A stretch of 63,997 nt of DNA, the filler included, from Stramenopiles sp. TOSAG23-2 (taxonomy: Eukaryota): assembly GCA_900128395.1 (NCBI GenBank). It is 26 parts of 26 records of this genome, joined end to end, with 100 filler letters (N's around TTAATTAATTAA, not from the genome) between each part and the next. Parts side by side here need not be neighbours in the genome. Positions count along the whole stretch, not along the records: positions 56,786 to 59,142 come from LT651814.1; positions 59,243 to 61,599 come from LT651815.1; positions 61,700 to 63,997 come from LT651856.1; 23 more parts are not named here. One strand, given 5' to 3'. The notes beneath the pieces are model-generated. The model saw nothing but the letters and a program-made list of their open reading frames with translations. It was not told where the DNA came from and searched no databases. Positions 56,686-63,997 of this stretch are shown one piece after another. The number at the start of each line of letters is the position of its first letter. Position 1 is the stretch's first letter. The translations under genes and the position numbers were made by a program.

Positions 56686-57002
56686 NNNNNNNNNNNNNNN
56701 NNNNNNNNNNNNNNNNNNNNNNNNNNNNNTTAATTAATTAANNNNNNNNNNNNNNNNNNNNNNNNNNNNNNNNNNNNNNNNNNNNTTGAGCATATTACTT
56801 TAACACGAGAAGTGTAAAAATATTATAACTTAGATTTTAAACATCATATTAACATATATGAGTAAGAGAAAAACACATATATATATATATATATATGTAC
56901 GCGTATATCCACATGGATTACGACGAATAATTATATATATATTACGAAGTACGAGTAAAATATTAAAAAAATATCAGTACACAAGCACACACGTTATGAT
57001 AA

Positions 57003-59142
57003 TTAAGAGGCAATGTAATGATATTTATTACGACCCGTATCACCATCAAAACTCAAATCTTTTGTTCCCTTCACACTATTAATAAATTTATTCAACCATT
57101 TTTTCTCATCAAATAGACGGCTTTGTTCTTTCAAGTGAATCATATGTTCCCGCATTTTCACATATTTGTAATTTCTGTTACTATTCTTCTTATAATAATA
57201 AGCAACAGCTAGGTCTTCATATTCTTTCATAGAATAAACAATATTGCTACTCATACCATGACCGTAAGCTAATGATTTCCCCATCCTCTTTACAAAATGA
57301 TCTCCCGGTAACGTAATTGACGGGACATTGCCAAAATATTGATCAATACCAGTTGCACCACCATTGTATCTGACATTGTCTAAAAAAATATCTGCTGCTT
57401 CAGATCGTGTTATATATTCCTTCTGGCTTGCAAAATCACTAAATAATACTTCGTGGTTCGGGATACCACGTCGGTTTAATTCTTTTAAAATTGATTTTTC
57501 CGCAGCAGCTGGATGTCTTAAAAGCCATAATAAATGTCCTTGGTCTCTCAGGTCTCCATTATTATTACTATAATTATTGATACCACGTATACGACGAAAA
57601 ATATTACCCCAAACGTCTAATAAATTTTCAGAAATTTTAAACAATTGATTATGGTTGGAAAACACAAATGCATGATGTGGAATATTTAATCTGGTTCGAT
57701 CTGTAAATAAACTATGTTCTAGTTTATTTATTTTTATTTTGTTTTTATGATCCCCAATAAATAAACTTGGTGGAACGAGTAGTAACTTTTCCTTATAATG
57801 TTTATGTGCAAATTCTATTATAGAACCTTTCCGGTCCGTTAATGTATAATCTAAAATATTTTCAGAACCAATGGTTGAAGGCCAACCAAGAAAGCCAACT
57901 TGAATTTTCGATGGGCGATATGCAAAAATCTCTGGTCTTCCACCCATAGTATAGCCATTCATATCAATCAAGACATCAATATTCTTCTCCAAGATGATTT
58001 TCGCAGCATCGTAATCTGTATGTTCGTTCAAATATATAAAATGATTGTCTTTTTTGCCTTTATTTATCACCTCTGCTAACTTTATTTGGGACAATACACC
58101 ATTTGCCTTTTGTACATTTTTGGTTAATGGAAAGAAAAACAAGTTAATATATTTGTTGTTGTTTAATAGTGGCAGAACGTTATCCAATAAATGCATCATT
58201 GGATGCTTTGCACCAAAATCAGCGGATACAAAGCCAATGTTAATCTTCCCCCCAGTATCAATATTATTATGTTGTTGTTTCAGGCGTTCTTTATTATTGA
58301 ATATTTTATAATTATTTACATTTGCATTGACAATACTTTGGCTCCAAGTATGCAATAGATTGTAAATCATTTCGCCATTCATTCCACCACCTAATGCTCG
58401 CATTGGAGTCATTGCTTTAGCTCTGTTGCTATTTACAAGCGTCATTTCATGCTTTAAAAGTGAATATACTTCTTTCTCTAATGCATCTAATCCTTTGTAA
58501 TTTCCTGTATATTTCATTAAATGTAACAAAGCACAGCTATATTTTAAATATTTAAAATTGATATCGTTATTATTGTTACTATTATTATTATTACCTTCAT
58601 GTAAAACTGCATTCTTCAATGCAATCAATGCATCAAAATAATTTGGTTTTGGAGTCAAACCTAAAAGTGAATCATGCAGATCATAATACACTTCTGCAAC
58701 ACGCAAACGCCGTGCAAAACCTTTGTTATTTAAATCCAGTGCCTTTCGAAAATAATCAACTGCTTTCAAATGATTTTCGAGAATCGAATAAGCAATTCCC
58801 GTTTTCCAATAGGCCTCAGCAAAATTTTGATTCAATCCAATAACTTTTTGCAGTACATTAATTGCTTTTTTCATTTGTTTAATTTCTTTTAACTTTAAGT
58901 TACTTCTACCATTAGTATCAACCATCATCGTGATTCCATAATTATAACCATATAATTCATTGCTTTGCTTTGATATCTTCCATGCTTTCTTATAATATTT
59001 CAAACCAATTTTTTTTTTTCCAGCAGTAACAAATACAGATGCAGCATTAGTTAATAATCGATCATTATTTGGCTCTATTTTTATAGCATCTTTATAAATT
59101 TTACAGGCCTTTTCATGCTCGCCAATTCTTGATAGCAATTGT
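57003..59142 (-). CDS. TPR-containing O-GlcNAc transferase (GT41, OGT/SEC-like), 5'-truncated
   Basis: TPR repeats; IGFVSADFGAKHP, IDVLIDMNGYTMGGRPEIFAYRPSKIQVGFLGWPST, NQLFKI and DIFLDNVRYNGGATG. Confidence 0.9.
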
Positions 59143-59266
59143 NNNNNNNNNNNNNNNNNNNNNNNNNNNNNNNNNNNNNNNNNNNNTTAATTAATTAANN
59201 NNNNNNNNNNNNNNNNNNNNNNNNNNNNNNNNNNNNNNNNNNTAATGAATTGGTCCCTATTTTTCC

Positions 59267-59770
59267 ATGATCCATTTTCACTGCTATGCACCTGCTAATA
59301 TAATAGTATGGAGATAGCACGCATATGATCCATTTTCACTGCTATGTACCTTCTAATAATTGACACACAGAGGGATAAAAGCATCAATTTGGTTCACATC
59401 AAGCGTATGAATGATAGGTAGACAAATGAGTATACAATATCAAAAATATAATAAGTACGAATTCGCATAATAAATACCCTAATTTGAAACTATATTCAAT
59501 GCTATGGACCTGCTAATATAATAGTATGGAGATAGCACACATATGATCCATTTTCACTGCCTTCTAATATAATAGGATGGAGATAGCACACATATGATGG
59601 ATTTTTACTGCTATGCACCTTCTAATATAATATAGCATTGACACAGCAATGGATACTGGTGTCATTTTTTTCACATTTCACATTTCATCACAGCTGTAAA
59701 AATGATATAGGAGGTAGGCATTTTAAGTATAATAATAAGTACAAGTTCATAACCCTAATTTGAAAACTAT
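59267..59770. repeat. Nested diverged repeat region: ~57-bp subunits within a ~270-bp duplicated block
   Basis: atgatccattttcactgctatgcacc(t/g)ctaatataatag(t/g)atggagatagcac recurs about five times. Shared downstream ttgacaca, aataagtac and ccctaatttgaaa segments each occur twice. Confidence 0.8.
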
Positions 59771-60143
59771 TTCCAACAAAAAAAAAAATTCAAATTTTTT
59801 TAAAAAGATCAACAAAATATGCACAAAGACATACACGTTAGTAGATGGAAAAGAACAAAATGTACAAAATATATACAATATATATACAAAATATAATATT
59901 CAACGTATCATAGCTGGTATAGAATTGTTTTATTGATTGCTGTTTCAACCACGAAGGAGCAATATTTAAAGTTCTAAGAAAAAAAAACAAAATTTTATTC
60001 ATCATTCTTCATTTTTTATTGATTTTTTAGTTCAAATTTTCAATAATTTTTAAAAAATTGAATATAGCCTACAACTACTTTCTTGTGATACAATCTGTTA
60101 ATCTGAACCCATAGCATTGTATCTTTATTAACTACAGACGAAA

Positions 60144-61551
60144 ATGAAACGACGACCAAATAAATTACAAATCAATGTACAAGATCTAGATTTAGATCAA
60201 ATCGTATCGAATTTAGAACGAATGATTATTGATACGGAGAAAAAAGTAGAACGTATTATATCACGTGGACCAACACCACGAAATTTAAAAACGACATATC
60301 AAAAAAATGTACCAGATGCTAATGGTAGACGTATTGAAGATATACGGAAAACATTAAGAGGTGCAAGAAAATCGTTACATGTGCTATTACGACGACAACG
60401 TGGTTTAGTGAAAGAAGTGAAAATCAGTCCAAAAAAGAAAAAAAGAATATTGTACTATAGGTATACAAACGGATGATGATTTAGAAAAACAAAAGATGAC
60501 TATATCAACTACTACACAAACAAAAGCAAGACTTGTTACAAGTACACCAACACAAACAATAAAAAGAAGAAAACCAGCAATTGGACGAAAAGAAAATAAT
60601 AGTAGTAATAATAGGAAAACAAAGAAAACAATTATATACAACAACAACATGATGAACAAGAAGATAATAATGCCAAATACATCTATTATTTCTCCATCGA
60701 CGACGACTACTACTACTACTAATAATAATATTAATTATTATACCAAGTCGAATTATCAAAAAATAATGTTGAAAACGCCACCAACAAAGAAACGAGTTGC
60801 ACGTACATGGAAAGCGAAAGCATTATTAAAAATACGCAAAGCATTGTATAAAAAGATTTTAAAAGATGCACCTTATACAGATATTGTATTTTACAATGAA
60901 TATGAAAAAGTCAATCAAAATTTAATTGAATTAGGTATACCATCAAAACAATTACCAATGCATTATCGTACAAATCAACCATCATCTGTTAATCAGATTG
61001 AACAACAACATGATGATGGAAAGGTACCTTTTCCTAGCCATGTTGGTGGTATTCATACTAAAGAAAACAATTTAGCATCCATTGAAGAAGAATTTAAAAA
61101 AAGTAAATCATTGGAATATTTATTTGCAAAAATATTAGCTGGTCCAATTTCACCATCATCATCATCAACAACAAGAACAAGAACAACGACGGCAACCAAA
61201 AACATTCGTAATGATATTGTTCAAGATATTGATGAAGATGTAGATGATCATATACATCGTATGGTTAATATTTCATCCTCATCCACATCATCTAGTATTC
61301 TTGATATTCATGATTTTAATAATAATAATAATAATACACATGACTTACCAACACCACCACATACACCAAATCGTAGAACATTATTTATAACAAAAACACC
61401 ACCAAGTAGTGGTCGGAAACGAAATCGTTTTTATCCATTATCTAAATCACCAAAAGCAAAACGTATTTTCAATCCTGTTAGCCCAATATTAAAATCAAAA
61501 GGTGATGATGATGATGTCACAGCAATGTTATTTCAAAACATTGATTTTTGA
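60144..61551 (+). CDS. Hypothetical low-complexity basic protein, frameshift in an A-rich run near 60432-60445
   Basis: ORF 60144-60476 continues in the frame of 60496-61551 (EYCTIGIQTDDDLEKQKMTIST) after the A-run. Confidence 0.6.
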
Positions 61552-62129
61552 AAAATATATATTACACGGGGAGGAAGTGTCTCGGGTCCCGGTATAATCN
61601 NNNNNNNNNNNNNNNNNNNNNNNNNNNNNNNNNNNNNNNNNNNTTAATTAATTAANNNNNNNNNNNNNNNNNNNNNNNNNNNNNNNNNNNNNNNNNNNNA
61701 ATAAACCTAAAAGAATGCGTAGTAGGACTGGTAAAAAGAAGTAAAAGAATTATACCGAGAATATTATAAAAATATAATTTTTAATTTATGATGTACGCAT
61801 AATTTGTTGTTATAAAATTTACTCATGATAATTCTTAATCTTCAAAAGAATACAATAACTGAAATAATCTATCTCACACTAGTGTGTTGATATTATACGC
61901 GCGTATATATATATAAAAAATATACGAGGGGTTCGTATATATATAAACTCGTTATATTACACATACGAAGCGTTCACGTATAAAATATATTATTTTTTTG
62001 TTGTGTCACACATTTCTTGTATAAAACCACTCTCTTCGTGTAGATGATATTAGCTTTTTTGTTTTTGTACAACCTTTTCATGTGTTTTTGTTTTTTACAT
62101 ATATATTATATATGCCATATACAAACACA

Positions 62130-62885
62130 CTATACATTTATGATCCCACTTCTATTGGAATCATCAAAATCTGTTCCACTTTCACTTTCGTCTTTATATT
62201 CTAAATTCCCAAAACCATCAAAATCATCATCTTTATGCATTAATTCTATGATTTCAGATTCATTAATTGCACGTTCCATTTTATATTTATCTTCACTTTT
62301 ATTTGTATATTTCATAAATCGACTACTATTAGTCATCCGTCTATTACCTCCTTTTTTCATACTATTATTGTTTTTGTCTTTCACTTTTTTCTTTTTCTTC
62401 TTCTTTTTATTGCCTTTTCTTTTCCTTCTACATTTCTCAAACATACTATCTAATCTATCACCCATTCTCATTACAAATAAACTGACAGTATTATAAGTGC
62501 TAACCCATCGTTCATATATACATTTTGCGTATGTTGGACTCATCATTAAACATTTTACGGTAATAGCACATGAGCAAAAAACAACAGAGATCCAAAACAG
62601 GACAATGATTATAGATACAATCTCTTTTATGGTTTTTCTTTTATGAAATCTAAATGGTTGAAAAATTAACAATAAAAGAAGGATCAATGTACTCCATAGA
62701 CACGCCGCCCATTTGCGTTTTGAAGACCATAATATATCAAATCCAGGATGGACAGGCGTATAAAGCATGGATTGACCACCATTTAATTCAGTTAAGCTTG
62801 GATATCGAAACCCTTCATCTATCATATGTTGTACACCTAAACGTGAAGAACCAGACGACATTGAATTTCTAGAACTAAATGACAT
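62130..62885 (-). CDS. Hypothetical two-TM membrane protein with Lys-rich tail
   Basis: 251-aa ORF with two hydrophobic segments, then poly-K and an acidic C-terminus. Confidence 0.65.
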   Translation of the reverse strand: MSFSSRNSMSSGSSRLGVQHMIDEGFRYPSLTELNGGQSMLYTPVHPGFDILWSSKRKWAACLWSTLILLLLLIFQPFRFHKRKTIKEIVSIIIVLFWISVVFCSCAITVKCLMMSPTYAKCIYERWVSTYNTVSLFVMRMGDRLDSMFEKCRRKRKGNKKKKKKKKVKDKNNNSMKKGGNRRMTNSSRFMKYTNKSEDKYKMERAINESEIIELMHKDDDFDGFGNLEYKDESESGTDFDDSNRSGIINV

Positions 62886-63997
62886 TATTATATTGTTATT
62901 TGTAAAAAGATAGTAGAATATATCGTTATATACAAGGACAAATGTTTAATATGAAAGATGCAAGAACAAAGACTTGAATAAGCAATATTAAATATTTAGT
63001 GATATATTATTTTGTACTTTACATGTAACTTCGTATAATAATAATAATAAATACCACACCTTTTATTGAATTTATATAATAGTAAGAGAATTTATAATAA
63101 CGCCCATCCACACCTTAACCTGGCAGACGACAGTAAGTTAAAAAAGACAGTAAGTTAAATAAAAACAGGGTTTTATTGCTATGCCAATGCTAGACAATAT
63201 CCCGGTGCTGTGTCAATGCAGATCTGGCCGATGCCCATTAATGAATTACATATTAAATGACAAGGCATCAAATTCAACCTTCCTTACACAAATAATGCCA
63301 CTTTTCTTTCTACAAATGAATAAAAATGTAAAAATTGTTATGTGTGAAAAATTTGATGATCCAAATATATACTACAGAGCTAGACAATTGGACTGCTAAG
63401 AGAATGCAAAAGAGAATTGAAAACAAGTTAGGAATTCCTATAATTTCTCCTTTCCAAAAGGCTGATTGAAGCAGTGGTACAAGAAATACTTTGTAAAGTA
63501 TCCAGTTGGAAGATAAGGATACACCTATATATAAATTTATATTTTTCCTGATGGTAGATGCGACAATGCAAAAACAAATATTTCAATATATATTATGTAA
63601 CCAATCATCACTTGAAAGCAATATACAGGGTTATTATTGGATTTTGGATACTCAAAATCCATCAGACACAAATGTTATAAATGAAATTCAAAAGTATCAC
63701 CAATTGTTATGCCAGGGTGTACAGACATTTGACCATGCTGTCCCTATGCTATTTAAAATATAATGTTGTTTCTATGTTAATAATTAATTTTGTGGTGTAA
63801 AATAAAAAATATACGCAAGGTATGATAAATATATATATACCAAGTACATTGATTGATTGGTAAAGTATTCTTAATTGATATATATATATACATCATATCT
63901 ATCCATTCATTACATTACATAATTATATCATTATTATTATTGTCAACACCACCACCATGCCACCCTCAAGCAAAAAAACAGAGAAAAAAAGTAGCGT

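Noticed and set aside
34820-61599. Recurrent CCGAGAC-like GC-rich motif (near 34828, 39930, 39976, and reverse at 61580) as element termini
   Set aside because: Too short and the flanks do not align. It cannot be told from chance without a genome-wide count.
2382-61699. Regularly spaced identical TTAATTAATTAA elements as a CRISPR-like array or biological repeat
   Set aside because: They are always embedded in N44 flanks, cut genes mid-frame and separate size-sorted contigs. They are synthetic linkers.
241-63399. Numerous 60-150 aa antisense or overlapping ORFs in the ORF track
   Set aside because: They are shadows of real genes on other frames or products of AT-rich low-complexity sequence.
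63181-63763. Two short + strand ORFs at the window end
   Set aside because: No recognisable motif or splice model; possibly a decayed gene, but unsupported.
1-63997. Cross-contig gene clusters (glycosyltransferases plus sulfatase; several 2OG-Fe(II) oxygenases)
   Set aside because: Adjacency across linkers reflects contig length order only.
1-63997. tRNA, rRNA or snRNA genes; alternative genetic code
   Set aside because: No RNA gene was recognisable by eye. TAA, TAG and TGA all occur as gene ends, and conserved genes have no in-frame stops.

Overview
This window is not a contiguous chromosome segment. It is a concatenation of 26 unrelated short contigs (about 2.36-2.38 kb each, in decreasing length order) joined by artificial 100-nt linkers (N44-TTAATTAATTAA-N44, stops in all six frames), so gene neighbourhood means something only within a contig. 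Almost all contigs come from a very AT-rich microbial eukaryote using the standard code. It has Asn/Thr homopolymer-rich proteins and sparse spliceosomal introns (five found: GTAAGT donors, CTAAC-type branch sites, 73-443 nt). A heterotrophic protist single-cell or metagenome assembly is plausible; a MAST-like stramenopile is only a guess. One contig (42021-44382) is much more GC-rich and looks like a foreign, Bathycoccus-like passenger. Recognisable genes include UAP56/SUB2, CKS1, a PTPMT1-like phosphatase, arylsulfatase, OGT (GT41), GT14-like and GT32 glycosyltransferases, FMO, dienelactone hydrolase, PhyH dioxygenase, amine oxidase, HINT, two MFS transporters, an SLC35F transporter, kinesin, TBC1D20, TatB and Kish. 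The best finding is a gene scrambled by an inversion chimera (32159-34525) that reassembles in frame into a Tudor-PWWP-PHD chromatin reader fused to an ALKBH5-like m6A-demethylase domain. Also notable are a Kish-B ORF only 15 nt upstream of, and in frame with, a mitochondrial-type TatB (candidate bicistron or readthrough), a JmjC/degenerate-SET fusion, a bacterial-type MFS transporter with an intron, and a decayed SIM-bearing HNH-like ORF. All family calls come from motif recognition by eye; no searches were run.
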